Source: Selaginella moellendorffii (Eukaryota; Plantae; Lycopodiophyta). Taken from it: a stretch of DNA of 64,000 nt. Location: NCBI RefSeq assembly GCF_000143415.4, contig NW_003314357.1, positions 124,040 to 188,039 of the forward strand, given 5' to 3'. The first letter of the stretch is position 1, and each line of letters begins with the position of its first letter. Shown one piece after another: positions 39,009 to 51,068 of the stretch. A program made the position numbers and the translations under genes. Below the pieces are notes generated by a model. It was not told where the DNA came from and searched no databases. It saw only the letters and a list, made by a program, of their open reading frames with translations.

Positions 39009-40743
39009 TTAGAAATCTATCGACCAGTTCTCCTGCTGTTGTAAGGATGGAAATGGTGGCGGCGGCAATGGTGGAATGAAGTAATTGGACCCCTCGGGGA
39101 GGCAAAAGTCGTCCAGCTCTACGCTCGAATCCTCTGTGATCCTGTTTAGTCCCTGTGGCTGCTGGTTGGATGGTGCTGCAGCCTTGAACGAAGCAAGATC
39201 CGGCAAATCCATTTGCTCCTCCACCGAGCTACTAAAGCTCGACTCTCCTCCAGACCGCTGCTCCTCCTTGATCGCCGCTGCATTCGCCGTTGGAGCTACA
39301 CTCCAAGCGCTTCCCCACTCGTCTTGCATCTTCAAATTTCCCAGCTCGATCGATGCTGTTCGTTGCAGAGCTCCGCCACCTCCACCGCTTCGGTTCCGAT
39401 CAAACGCAACCTGTCTCATCTTGAGAGCTCGAGGACCTTTCAAAACCTGTGCTCCACCACTGCCTCCGTCACCACCACCACGAATCGATGACTGGAGCTG
39501 CTTGAGAGCTGTCAAAGTCCCGGGATCAAGTTGCTCCACGCCTTTCCCGAACACACCACCGGCACACGAGGTTGTCCGAGCTATGGAGCTCTTGGATGAT
39601 CCAGCCGGGCGGACGAACATCGAGCCACCAAAGCTACCACTCTCGTCAGCCTGGAACGAAGCAATCGGATGAGGTTCCATGTCCACCCCGCTCAAGCGCT
39701 TGAGTCCCAGGCGATATTTCTACACAGCACCACCACCACCACCACCACCAAAAACCGGTTAGTCATATTAGCTGTGCCGAGAAAGCCAAAACAAAACTTA
39801 CAAATCATAGGCAATATATCACCTGCAAATGACTTGCGACATTCTCCCTCGTGAGTCCTTGGACATTCATAATCTCCAGAATCCTCTTTGGCACCGCTTC
39901 TGCTTCCACAAAGATTTCGATCAAGCATAGCTTCTTCTACTGAAGAAAGATATACAAGCCAACTTACTTTCAACGCCCAGCTGATTCACTGCCTTGACGA
40001 ACAGCCTGTGGAGATCCCCGGACCAGACAACTCGAGCTTTCTTGAGGCCGGAAATGTCTTCTATCTGCTCATCACCACCCGAACTATCGGCATCCTTTTC
40101 TTTCCTCTTCTTGGACGTGTACTCCGGGAACTTCTCGCTGCTATCGTCCCATTCTCCAGACGATTCCTCCTTGGCAGCCTCTCTGGCTCCACGCTTTCGC
40201 ACTACGTGCTGCCAGATGTTCCGGAGCTCTTCGATGCGCACGGGCTTGAGGAGATAGTCGCAAGCGCCGTGCGTGATCCCTTCCATCACCACGCTCGTCT
40301 CTCCATTGCCAGACATCACTACCCAACAAAGATAACACTCTTAGCCATCCAAGTAGTAGAGAGAAAAAAAAAACCCAAGAGAGAGTGAGAGAGAGAGAGA
40401 GTATGATCGCTTACTTATGACTGGAAGATCCATTTCCAAGCCAATGAGCTCCAAGAGCTTGAATCCATCCATGTCTGGCATGTAGACATCGCTGATGACG
40501 AGGTCAAATTGAAATTTCTTCTCGCGTAGCAGCTGCAGCGCTTCCACGGCCCTGCTGCACGCAGTCACTGGCAGACAAAGATCATCAATTCTCCAGTAAA
40601 TTCCTCTCGCCCAAAAACTTACCGTGATATTTACACTGTAGGAGCATCTTCTTGAGGAGGAGCAAGCACAATGGATCATCGTCCACAACCAGCACGCGCA
40701 TTCCTATAGGAAAGCCCTCTCCATCCGTCGTATCGTCGCTCAT
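39009..40743 (-). CDS. Type-B response regulator (receiver domain plus GARP/Myb)
   Basis: [70 protein letters not shown]. Confidence 0.95.
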
Positions 40744-41449
40744 CGTTTCGGCCCCGGCGACTAGGGATTCCTACCGATTCTAGCCAAATCAAACCCTCCC
40801 CCGGCCAAGATCACCGCCAATCCCCTCCCCGGCACCGCGGGAATTCACATCCCCGTGCTGCCAATGGAGTAGAATCCCACACCATCGCCACGCTCGCCCC
40901 TAGCCAAAAGAAAAGGAAGAAGAAAGAGGAGAAAAGAGCTCATAGCAAAAGGGAAAGCGAGTCGTCGGATAGGCTACACGTGGTGAATATTCTGGGGATA
41001 TTCTTGTCCGGGGTATATTCTGCTTGACAAACGCCCGAGGTGACAATTTGTCAACGATGGTGTTCTTCACGTACGGCAAGTTGACACTGCATGCCAAGAG
41101 ATTCCCGTGAAAGACTGGGACTTTAAACACACACATACACACAAAGAGAAGTTCCTTTCTCTTCTTTAATAGGTGAAGATCTACTCCCACTCTCGGATAT
41201 AAAACTTCCATCCTCTCATCCCGTACGGAAGACACTCACAAGTTGTATAGAACTTCGTTTTTCCAAGTACAGGAACAAGAATGTTCTCTCCGTCTCGTAC
41301 GGAAGACACTGTGACAATAAGATTGTGTGGCCCATTCTTTGTCTTGTCGTACATAGTTCTTTACTTTATCTCAAGAGCTTCTCTCGAGGTTTTCCTCGAT
41401 CAATCACCAACTTTAGTAGAAAACTTTAGATCTCGAGGTTCTGATCTCC

Positions 41450-43936
41450 TCAGTAGATGGTAGCCATGAGGACGTACGGCGAAGCGCTCTTGCCCTCCAC
41501 CTCCATGATCTTCCCAAACGCGAGCTTCGCCACCTCCACATTCTTCCACTTCTTACACGCCGCCAAGACGCTCGTCCACACCGCCGCATCCGCTCGCCCC
41601 GGCATGCTCTCGATCATCTCCACCGCCTCGCGGAGCCGATTGTCACGTCCCAGCATGTCGATCACGCAAGTGTAGTGAGCGATCCCGGGAGCAACCGACG
41701 AGCTCGCCACCATCGCCTCGAAAATCTTCGTGCCTCGATCCACGAGCCCGGCATGGCTGCAAGCCGCGAGGACCGGCAGGAAAGTCGCGGCTTCGGGATC
41801 CAATCCTTCCTCCTGGAGCTCGCGGAAGAGCTCGAAAACTCGCGCTGGATCGCCGTGGCGGCTGTATCCACTGACGAGAGCGTTCCAGTGAGGAAGAGCT
41901 GGAGAAGTGGTTGAGTCGAAGACGTGGTGCGCGACGACCATGCTGCTGCCACACTTGCCGTAGAAATCGATCAGGGAGCTCGCCACCGCAGCGTCACTCT
42001 GGAATCCATCCCGGCAGGCCAGAGCGTGGAGTTTTCTCCCAGAGTCGAGGCTGGCGAGGCCGCTGGAAGCCATGAGAGCCGCGACGATGGTGAGCGGCGA
42101 AGAAGAGACTCTTCCTCCTCCAAGAGCCAGCATCTCCTCCAGGAGATCTAGTGCTTGTTGGTGCTGCTCGTTTTCCACGAATCCCAGCATCATCGCGTGC
42201 CAGGACACGGGCGTGCGCTGCTGCTGCCCGATCGAGTTGAAGACCAGCTTCGCATCGCTCAATCCTCCACACTTAGCGTACATGTCGATCAAGGTGTTGG
42301 CGACGAAGATATCTGTGTCGTGTCCCAGCTCCATCGCTCGGCGATGGATCCTCCTCCCTCTTTCCAAACACTGTTGGAGCTTGGACGAAGATCCACACTT
42401 TCCACCATCGCCATCTTTGGAAGCCAAGCTGGTGCAAGCCGAGAGAGCAACCCTGAAAGTTCTGGCGTTTGGAAGAACGCTGCTGCTTGCCACCATGGAT
42501 TCGAAGAGCTCGAGAGCTAGCTCCGGCTCGCCATTCTCGGAGAGTCCCAGCAGCAGCGACGTCCAGCAAACGACGTTGTGAATCGCCATCCTGTCAAATA
42601 CCGCTCGAGCGTCGGCGAGGCTTCCACAGCTCGAATACATGTCCACCAGCGTGCTCGCGACGAACAAGTCGGAGGTATCCAGCCCCAGCTTCGCCGCCTC
42701 ACGGTGGATCGCGATTCCTTTCTCCAGTGACACCAGCTTTAGAGCAGGATCGTCGACTTGTTGGCCGATGCTCGAGCAGGCCATGAGCGCCCCCACCAAA
42801 GTCCGAGGATTCGGCGACCATGATCGCTTTCCACCATCACCCTGCGAGAATAAAATGGATAGAGCGAGCTCGGCTTGATCGTTTTCCACGTACCCGAGCA
42901 AAAGAGAGTTGAGCACGATCATGTTGTGGCAAGGCATTCGCTCGAAAACTCGTCGAGCATCCTCCAGGCTTCCACACCTCGCGAACGCGTCCACCAGCGC
43001 GCCCGCGAAGAAGATCTCTTGCTCCACTCCATGTTCCCGAGCCAGGCAGTGGATCGCCCTCGCTCTCTCCAAACTCGAGAGCTTCAGTCTTCCATCAACG
43101 CCTTGCTCCTTTCCTGCGAGACCAGCACAAGCCATGAGCACCGCCACAAAAGTATGAGCGTTTGGATCACACACCTCGAGCATCGAGTGGAAAAACTCCA
43201 GCGCAAGCTCCAGATCACGATCGTCGCTGCTCTCAGCGTATCCCAGCAGCAAGCTCGTCCATGCCACCACGTCGTGGCGATCCATCCTATCAAAGACAAT
43301 GCGGGCATCCAGCAAGCTTCCACTCTTCACGTACATGTCGATGAGAGCACTCCCAACGAAGATCTCCGTGGAGTCGAGCTTGCTGCTGGCTGCCAGGGAG
43401 TGGATCGCCATCCCTTTCTCCAGGCAAGAAATCACGGAGCTTCCATCTTTGCTTGCCGCTGCCAGCTTGGAGCACGCGGTGAGAAGAGCCACCAAGATCC
43501 TGGAGTCGCCAGCGAGATTCTCGGCCAGGATGCGAGGGAGGAGATCGAGGGCCTGCTCGAAATCCTCGTTGATCACGTAGCCAGTGACGAGAGCCGTCCA
43601 GGCGATGGCGTCGCGGCGGATCATCTGGTCGAAGACGCGGCGGGAGCTCTCCATGCTGCCGCAGCGGGCGTACATTGTGGCGGTGGCGGTGGCGACGAAG
43701 ATCTCGTGCTGGAGATGGCGCTGGATGGCATCGAAGTGGAGCTTCTTGGCCGTGTCCATGTCGCGGCAGGAGCCACACGCCCTGAAAGCGTCCAGCAAGC
43801 TCCACAGCGACGGCGAGGGAGGAGACTTCTCATCGCCCTCTTGCTCCGGCGCTCGAAGCGGAGATGGGAATGGGTGATTTCTTGTTCGTGCTGCCCTGAG
43901 AGAGAAGCACTTACGTGATCTTAGTAACACCATCAA
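41450..43936 (-). CDS. PLS-class pentatricopeptide repeat protein with truncated E domain, intronless
   Basis: Repeated MY(A/V)(K/R)CGS..AR.VFD.M...DV..W.. motifs; ACSHAGLV, HYTCVIDMLGR, SPYVLM; no DYW domain. Confidence 0.93.
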   Translation of the reverse strand: MMVLLRSRKCFSLRAARTRNHPFPSPLRAPEQEGDEKSPPSPSLWSLLDAFRACGSCRDMDTAKKLHFDAIQRHLQHEIFVATATATMYARCGSMESSRRVFDQMIRRDAIAWTALVTGYVINEDFEQALDLLPRILAENLAGDSRILVALLTACSKLAAASKDGSSVISCLEKGMAIHSLAASSKLDSTEIFVGSALIDMYVKSGSLLDARIVFDRMDRHDVVAWTSLLLGYAESSDDRDLELALEFFHSMLEVCDPNAHTFVAVLMACAGLAGKEQGVDGRLKLSSLERARAIHCLAREHGVEQEIFFAGALVDAFARCGSLEDARRVFERMPCHNMIVLNSLLLGYVENDQAELALSILFSQGDGGKRSWSPNPRTLVGALMACSSIGQQVDDPALKLVSLEKGIAIHREAAKLGLDTSDLFVASTLVDMYSSCGSLADARAVFDRMAIHNVVCWTSLLLGLSENGEPELALELFESMVASSSVLPNARTFRVALSACTSLASKDGDGGKCGSSSKLQQCLERGRRIHRRAMELGHDTDIFVANTLIDMYAKCGGLSDAKLVFNSIGQQQRTPVSWHAMMLGFVENEQHQQALDLLEEMLALGGGRVSSSPLTIVAALMASSGLASLDSGRKLHALACRDGFQSDAAVASSLIDFYGKCGSSMVVAHHVFDSTTSPALPHWNALVSGYSRHGDPARVFELFRELQEEGLDPEAATFLPVLAACSHAGLVDRGTKIFEAMVASSSVAPGIAHYTCVIDMLGRDNRLREAVEMIESMPGRADAAVWTSVLAACKKWKNVEVAKLAFGKIMEVEGKSASPYVLMATIY

Positions 43937-44032
43937 TCATCTTGCGCATTCTCCAAGAACCCTAAACTCCTCTACTTGGAAGAATTTCTTGATAGAACTA
44001 TCAACTTTAGAACAAAAGGAAGAACCAAATCT

Positions 44033-47020
44033 TCAAAGCAATTGCTGGAGCGCTTGGAGCTCCTCCATCTCGATCGATCTCGCAGCACTATCGCCCTTCC
44101 ATTCCTCCACCACAATCTCGTAAACTCGCCGCTGCTGCCGAGGATTCCCAATCACCCGGCGAGCATCGAATTCGCCACAGAGCTTGAGCTTCTTGGACGC
44201 CGGCTCCAACTTGTCCACCACGTCGCCCAAGATCGGCTCCTTGGACACATACTCCATCCTCGCCTCCACAAGCTTCCTCATCGCCCTCTTCACGCCATCG
44301 CCAAGCTTCATGGCCTCGTCCACCAGCCCCTCCTCTCTCGCCAGCATCCTCCTCAAGAGATTCGCCCTCTTGCTCACGCACTCCACCATCGCTCCAAGCA
44401 GCTCCTCCTCCTCCAGCCACAGCAAGAGCTCGAAAACCTTCTTCTGGTCCTTCCAAGTCTTGAAAAAATCCTGGTAGCTACAGAATCGATCCTTCTTTGT
44501 GCCGCTGGAGGTGCCACCGTGGTATTCAGTCCAGGCACTCATCTCCGCTAGATCAGCCACGCTCACCAGCTGATCCGCGCAAAACTTGACCAGCACCTTC
44601 TTGGCCGCCTCGTTGTTCTTCAAGCCAACCAAGCCCGCAGCCTTTTGCATGGTAATGATCGCAACACAACACTCGCTCTCCCCCAAGAGGAACCGTGACG
44701 TGTCCAGTATGAGCTCGGGCTTGTTTAGCAGCAGCATAACCACGATCCAGTGCTCTTGTAGATTGGTCCTTCCCGGACCACTTTTTTCCGTGAACTTCCG
44801 TGCAGCACAGTCGCAAGGAAAGGGCCTGGCAGCGAAACCCAGCGCTTCATTGTGATGTCCCAGCGATTCTAGCTCCAGCATAAACTCCACCATGTCGCGC
44901 ACGTACGCCTCACACAGCTCTCCCGAGCTCTTGCCTTTCAAACTGGACCCGGAACTATCACGACTATAGCCATAGCCATAGAAACGGTGTGGCTTCTTCT
45001 CTTCCTCTTTCTCTGCCACCTTTCCATCCTCCGCCATCTTCTTCCTTTCATCCCAGGCTCTCTCCACTTCGGCGCTGCGGCTCGAGAAAGAATGCATCAC
45101 TTTGGCCAGCGTTCTGCCGTCCAGCCTCTGGAGAGTTAGCTTGCCGAGAATCTGCGAGGCCTCCTGCTGGAGCCCAGCTTCGAGGCAAAACTCGACCAAG
45201 AGCGTGATCCCATCATCTTCTCTTTTCGTGAAGCCGCCCTGGAACTCGGCCGGGAGCTCGGTGGAGTTTGCGATGAGCTTGGCACACAGTAGCTTTGCAG
45301 CTCCAATGGCCCCGTCCTGATACCCGACCTGGTCCCGCAGCGGCGAAGGAAAGCCTCCCAGCTTCATCACAGCGGCATGCCACGCAGGAGCTTCACCACC
45401 TTCGTATTGCCTTAGAAAGGATACTTGTTTCTTAGGTGGAGTCTTCTCCACGCACTTTATGACTCCAGCAACGACCTCCTTGCAAACCTCCCAGCCGTAA
45501 GCTTGCACGGCATTGGCGAATTCCCTGGTTTCTATCAGCTCCACACCCCAGCTCCTCATGATCGACAGCGCCTCGTCGCTAAGCCCAGACTTGATGCAAA
45601 CTTCGAGCAGCATTGCCGGACCATGGAGGAGCTCTTCTCGCTCGTTGTAATAGCTCCTTTCGAGAAGCGGAGCCAGCGAATCAAACCGGTGTGTCAAAGA
45701 CGTGACCATCTCCTGCAAGTATGCCCTCGACAGTGATTCAGGAGCTGCAAAGTCACCGCCATTTTCTCTCATCCAGTCCAGCACCCAAGGTATGTCCTTT
45801 ACCGACGAGCAGATCGTTCTCATCAGGCTGCCCTTGGGCCAAACCACGAGCACTGCTACGTGATAGAAGTACTGATCAGTTCCACCTTCGTTGCCAGCCA
45901 TCATCCCGGTTCCTTGGAACTCGTCCTCGAGGAAATCAAACAAGTCAGCGTCGTCATCGTCGCCATAATTGGTAGCTGTCCTGAGAACTTCTTGCTTGAT
46001 GTCTATGTTCCACTTCATAAACTTTGCTGGCTGGTCGTCCGCTCTGATCCAATTGTCAATCACGTACTCGACCTCGGAACCGTCTGTCACGGTCTTGTGC
46101 TTGGTGAGCATGCAGAGATGGAGCTCCAGAAACTCGCAAGCTCTCACGAGAGCGGGGCCGCCACGCGGTCGTGACCCTTGAGCCCCGCAAAAGAGAGGCT
46201 TGTCTTCGAGTATTTGTGAGCCAAAGGAATCGCCAGGAGCTTACGACCCTTCCTGTCACTTTTGCCGACGGCGTCTCGATCTGCTTGACCATCACCAGTA
46301 GCAGCCCATTGCTGGAAGAGAGCTCTCACTTGGGGAAGAGCCGAGACGAACGACGGGAGTTTGATTTCTCGGACGGGAGCTCCAGCCACTACTTCTCGAC
46401 GATCTTCTTTTGCGACTGCGAGCACCAGCTCAAGGAGGTGACGAGCGGGTCGAGGTTGTGCCTGGTTTTTAGCCTGGTGAGAAACAACGTGGAGTTTATA
46501 CCTCGCAGCACTGCCGTCCCTGAGCCCCGCCGCTGTGTCCCGTGGTCGTCGGAAGTTGCAAGATCATCGTCGCAAACATGCCATCTTCCTTCTCCATGTC
46601 CCTGTGGAACTTGAAGTGGCCGCCAGCCTCGTAGAGCAGCAGCTTGTAGAGCTTGACGTCGAGCTCCAGAGCAGTCGAATCCAACCCCATGACGGAGAGT
46701 CCATGCGCAGCCAAGTCGTGAGCCACGGACGACAAGAAGTTTGGAACCTCGGGGCAAGAGACCCTCTCGGGATTGATCTGCGCGCTAACCCAGATCCCAC
46801 AAAGGGTGTTGATTGATTAAGACAGCAGGGCCAAGCTCGCCTCACATCCGTGTCGACGAGAGTTCTCTCCCCAAGGCCGTATGGAGCTTGCTGGCACACG
46901 GACTTGATCTTGTCGAGACCCAGGGGCGAGAGTGGAAGATCCACCTTCCACCAGGAGCGACACTGGCATCCGAAACTTTGCTACATCGATCTCACCTCTG
47001 TTGAGCTGCGCCATCGCCAT
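44033..47020 (-). pseudogene. Large gene with an N-terminal 2OG-Fe(II) oxygenase-like domain, disrupted by frameshifts, a 50-bp insertion and an internal inversion; 704-aa downstream ORF intact
   Basis: QAPYGLGERTLVD, LYKLLLYEAGGHFKFHRDMEK.DGMFATM, (inverted) FFCDCEHQLKEVTSGSRLCLVFSL, LAHKYS..SLSFAGLKGHD. Confidence 0.8.
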
Positions 47021-49255
47021 TCTCTTCTCTTGGACCTAGACATGTTATAAGGATGGAAATCTTGAATCGTAAGTTCCAAAGCTTTAGGGTTTATCAGGTA
47101 AATGCGGGTGCTCTTAAAATTTAGGGCTGCCGCATTGAAACCCAAACCTTATACCCCTTCACTTGCCTTAGAAAGAATACTTGTTTCTTAGGTGGACCTG
47201 GTAGAAGTGGTGACAAACAGGTTATTGCCGCGGGCTATGTTCCTGTGGCCTCATGCTCCTGCGGCCTCGTGTGTGGCATTCATGGAGGTGACATAAACGA
47301 CTACGTGCCAGATTGGCCACGCGTGCATGTGGCCGTCTGCAATCCTCGCACGGCTACCCACTGACCTTAACAACACTCCTGATTCAGCGCACACCTATGG
47401 TCAGATCAAGTTGGAAATGAGCGGCAACCATATCAGTTCAGCCTTCACCTGCTTTGCACACAATCAAGTGATACATACACCGTTTATACTTGGCGCTCGA
47501 GCGGCCACACCACCTCTAGTATACTCAGTCAGTCAGACTGGCCTCTTCAACTTAGCAATCTGCTAGTGATGCACACACTAACATGCTTGACTCTGGAGAG
47601 GCCCGAAGCTCTCAATCTCAAACATCATAATTGGCTGGAACTTCCAATAAGTGTGCACTGCCTCAAGCTTGCATCTACATCCCATAGAACCTTGTCACAA
47701 GGGCTGCTGGGTAAGCTCACGATCATGGGGCCACATTGCAATACATCTAAGTCAGTTCCCTTCAAGCAAGTAAAAAATTGTTATATAAGTATACTGTGAC
47801 GTCACCCTAAGACTGTTAAATGTAAGCTTGCCCACTAATCAAGTGGTGGCTTCTTGTTTGGCTATTGTGGGGTAGAAAAATGACATGGCAAATAAGCTTC
47901 AAGGAAAACTCAATGCCACTTCCACTAGCAAAAGTGTTAAATGAAAAAAGTGTGTGATGGAAGCATTATCTCTGGCTGCCATGGAAAAGGTTACAATTGA
48001 AGTACCTGTTAGAGGGTCAAGATATAGTAGGACATACTGCATAGGTTTCTCAAGCATCCTTCCATGGATGATGTTTTCAAGAAGTCAGTGATGGTTAGTG
48101 TTGTGGCTGATAAGGCCCTTGAGAACCTTATCTTTAGGCCAAAGCGTCCACCATATGGCGAAAAGAGCAGCATTAGATTCAGTCTTCAAATAGAGAAAGC
48201 TGTAGACAGATCATAGTTGGCGGGAGAAAAGAGAAGCCATCCAAGAATCAGATATCTCTTTGATTTATTTGTTTCCCTATGTCATGTGCTCATTAGGACA
48301 AATCAGGGCATCACTCAAAACTTTCCTTGAGAAGCCAGATATATTTTTCCAATTCATAAGTCCCTGGATGAGGTTTGTGGTTTTAGGAAAGTTGTGACTC
48401 TTGCTTCTCAATGTCTTAAGCCAATCTTTTGTTTCTCAATGCTATGCAATATGACAGGGAGACAATTGAAAACATAATTGGTTTTTGTGACTTGTCAGAT
48501 TGAGCTGTAGAAGGCCTTTGGCAAGGAGAACTATGAGTGTACATGTGTGTATCTTATAATGGTGCAGGATGCATGGGAGTGTGCATGACATTGTGGACTT
48601 TTTCCTTTGTCCACAGCATGATGGGAGCATTATTGCTAAGATAAATTCATCCACTAAAAGATCTTCTTGTTGAATAGGATGTCATCAATTGAAAAAATAA
48701 TTTGAAATGAGTAATATGCAAAAAGAATATGCAAACTTTCACTAATGGGTGCCTAATCTACTGATGGTAGCTGGTGTACAAAAAATGGGAATTGTAAATG
48801 GTATGTCTTTTTTGTTTTGGTTTGTTTGTCAGCTAACAATCATCTAGGAATTCAATGTGGGCGTTGTAATCTTGATGAGCATTAAATCATTGCAACCAAG
48901 TCCAGTGTACAAGGATCCTAGAAAGGTTGTCCTTTTCATCTGAGTCTGCAAGAGCTTGGCCACTTGACAGCATAAAGAATGCTTGACTTTTGACTGGAAA
49001 GGTCAGAAAGACTAAAGTTTAAAAGAATTTTGGCAAGTGCCAAGTGAAGAACATTAATGTATTTTATCTTGTCCTTCTTGGCTATGGAGAGAGATGCCTT
49101 GAACACCAAGTGTGCTTGGCACTCAAAGTTGTGCTTGGCCCACTTGTAGCTACCTCATAGTTTGGATACTCATCACATTGAGGGTGTGGGCATCCAAGCC
49201 TTCATTAGACAACTTGTTCCAGTGAATGAAGTTCTTCTTTGTACTGCCATTAGGG

Positions 49256-49449
49256 TGTAAGCTTTTGAGTTTGGACTTCTTAAGAGGTCACCCAGCCCAA
49301 TACTATTCAAAGTCAAGGACACTTAACCCCAAGTATCCCAAGACCTTTAACTGATTGGAAAAAGGAGTGCACTTTTATTTATGGGCCCTTTCCCTCTATA
49401 TTTGAACCCTATAAACCATCTCTCAAGTCGTTTTCTTTGGTTACTTACA
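49256..49449 (-). mobile_element. Solo LTR of a Cassandra-type TRIM
   Basis: TGTAAG...CTTACA, 194 bp, perfect TSD TAGGG; contains a 5S-like segment on the minus strand. Confidence 0.9.
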
Positions 49450-50305
49450 TAGGGGTAGTGGTCCTCCTTTGGGTGCTTGAACTTCAAGTTTTTTTCCTGC
49501 TTGGACACATATTTGGACATTGCAAGATGTAATAACAAGAGATGTGGCAAGAAAAGAGATAGAAGAGCTCCTAGTATAGAAAATGAAACGAACAGGAAAG
49601 CGAACCCTAGGCCAACCTCCCAACCTTAAGGCATTACAGCCTTAAATCCCACAGGCCATGGAATATTCTTAGAATATTCCTGTGGTTCATGTCATTCTCC
49701 CCTCCCTCATGACCCAGCCATATACAGCAGCCTCGAGAAGCTAAATGAGCCTTATATGAAAGGAGTCCAAAGCAATACGGCCATGGAGAAAAGATGTGCA
49801 AACGACAACACCAACGTCGCGACAAATGGCCACGAAAGAAAGAAAGCAATACGGCTTTCTCACATGACAATATGGTCATGGAAACAAGAGAATGAGAATA
49901 AAACAAACGGCTCAAATTATATAGCAATGCGGCTATAGAACTCAATTCTCCCTTTCTTCAGGAATGTCATCCAAGTCATAACCAAAACTCGGAAACACTC
50001 TCTTCATGTTATCCTCAATTTCCCATGTAGCTTCGTTCATGGAATAACCATTCCACTGAACTAACAACTCCCTAGTTGTCTTCCGGCTTGTTTTCACCAA
50101 TCTTTGAGCAAGAATATTGGCCGGACTAGCCTTTTTTGCATCAATCTCTAGGACTTGGATGATGGACTGATCCACAACATCACCAGAGTGCAAACATGCT
50201 TTAAGTTTGTTCATATGGAACGTTGGATGAATTTTTGAACTAACTGGTAAGTCCAAAGTGTATGCAAGATCCCCCATACACTATAAAATTGTCCAAGGCC
50301 CACAA

Positions 50306-51068
50306 TGTAAGCAACCAAAGAGAGCGACTTGAGAGATGATTCATGGGGTTCAAATATAGAGGGAAAGGGCCCATGAATAAAAGTGCATCCCCTTTTTCAA
50401 TCGATTAAAGGTCTTGGGATACTTGGGGTTAAGCATCCTTGGGTTTGAATAGTACTGGGTTGGGTGACTTCCCAGGAAGTCCAAATTCAGGAGCTTACAT
50501 TTGGTATCGGAAAAGTCTCGGGCCTGACTCTGTTGGTTGGCTAGGGGAATCACACCACATATTGATTGACATCTGGTTGGTCCAGTTTGTTCCCGCTAGG
50601 CTCAACCCAAGGAGTAGGGTGTCATAAGGCTCTCGGGAGAGTTGCAGCTCTCAGCTTCCATTCACAAGGGCATGAACTTGCAGGGAAGCGTGGTGGATTG
50701 TAAGCAACCAAAGAGAATAACTTGAGAGATATTGATTGATATCTGGCTGGTCCAGTTTGCTCCTGCTGGGCTCAACCCGAGGGGTAAGGTGTCAAGAGAA
50801 CAGGGCTCTCAGGAGAGCTACGGCTCTTAGCTTCCATTTATGAGGGCGTGAATTTGCAGGGAAGCGTGGTGGATTGTAAGCAACCAAAGAGAACGACTTG
50901 AGAGATGATCCATGGGGTTTAAATATAAAGGGAAAGGGCCCATGAACGAAAGTGCACCCCATTTTTCAATTGATTAAGGGTCTTGGGATATTTGGGGTTA
51001 AGCGCCCTTGGGTTTGAATAGTACTAGGTTAGGTGACCTCTCGGGAAGTCGAAATTCAGAAGCTTACA
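50306..51068 (+). mobile_element. Cassandra-type TRIM with partial internal duplication
   Basis: LTRs 50306-50499 and 50875-51068, plus a 32-bp LTR stub at 50699. PBS TTTGGTATC, PPT GGGAAGCGTGGTGGAT, TSD CACAA. It splits the host integrase motif RYC|GPW. Confidence 0.92.
50997..51050 (+). promoter_or_regulatory. 5S rRNA-derived Pol III type-1 internal control region (A box, IE, C box) in the TRIM LTR
   Basis: GTTAAGCGCCCTTGGGTTTGAATAGTACTAGGTTAGGTGACCTCTCGGGAAGTC vs plant 5S GTTAAGCGTGCTTGGGCGAGAGTAGTACTAGGATGGGTGACCTCCTGGGAAGTC (recalled from memory). Confidence 0.88.

Noticed and set aside
42875-44551. Plus-strand ORFs (347 aa and 191 aa) opposite the PPR and oxygenase-fusion genes
   Set aside because: Antisense shadows of GC-rich coding sequence.
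47200-49250. Possible decayed gene or transposase
   Set aside because: No ORF or motif could be recognised with confidence.
50420-51050. Genuine 5S rRNA genes
   Set aside because: Only ~55 nt of the internal control region is present, embedded in LTRs; the 5S 5' and 3' ends are missing.
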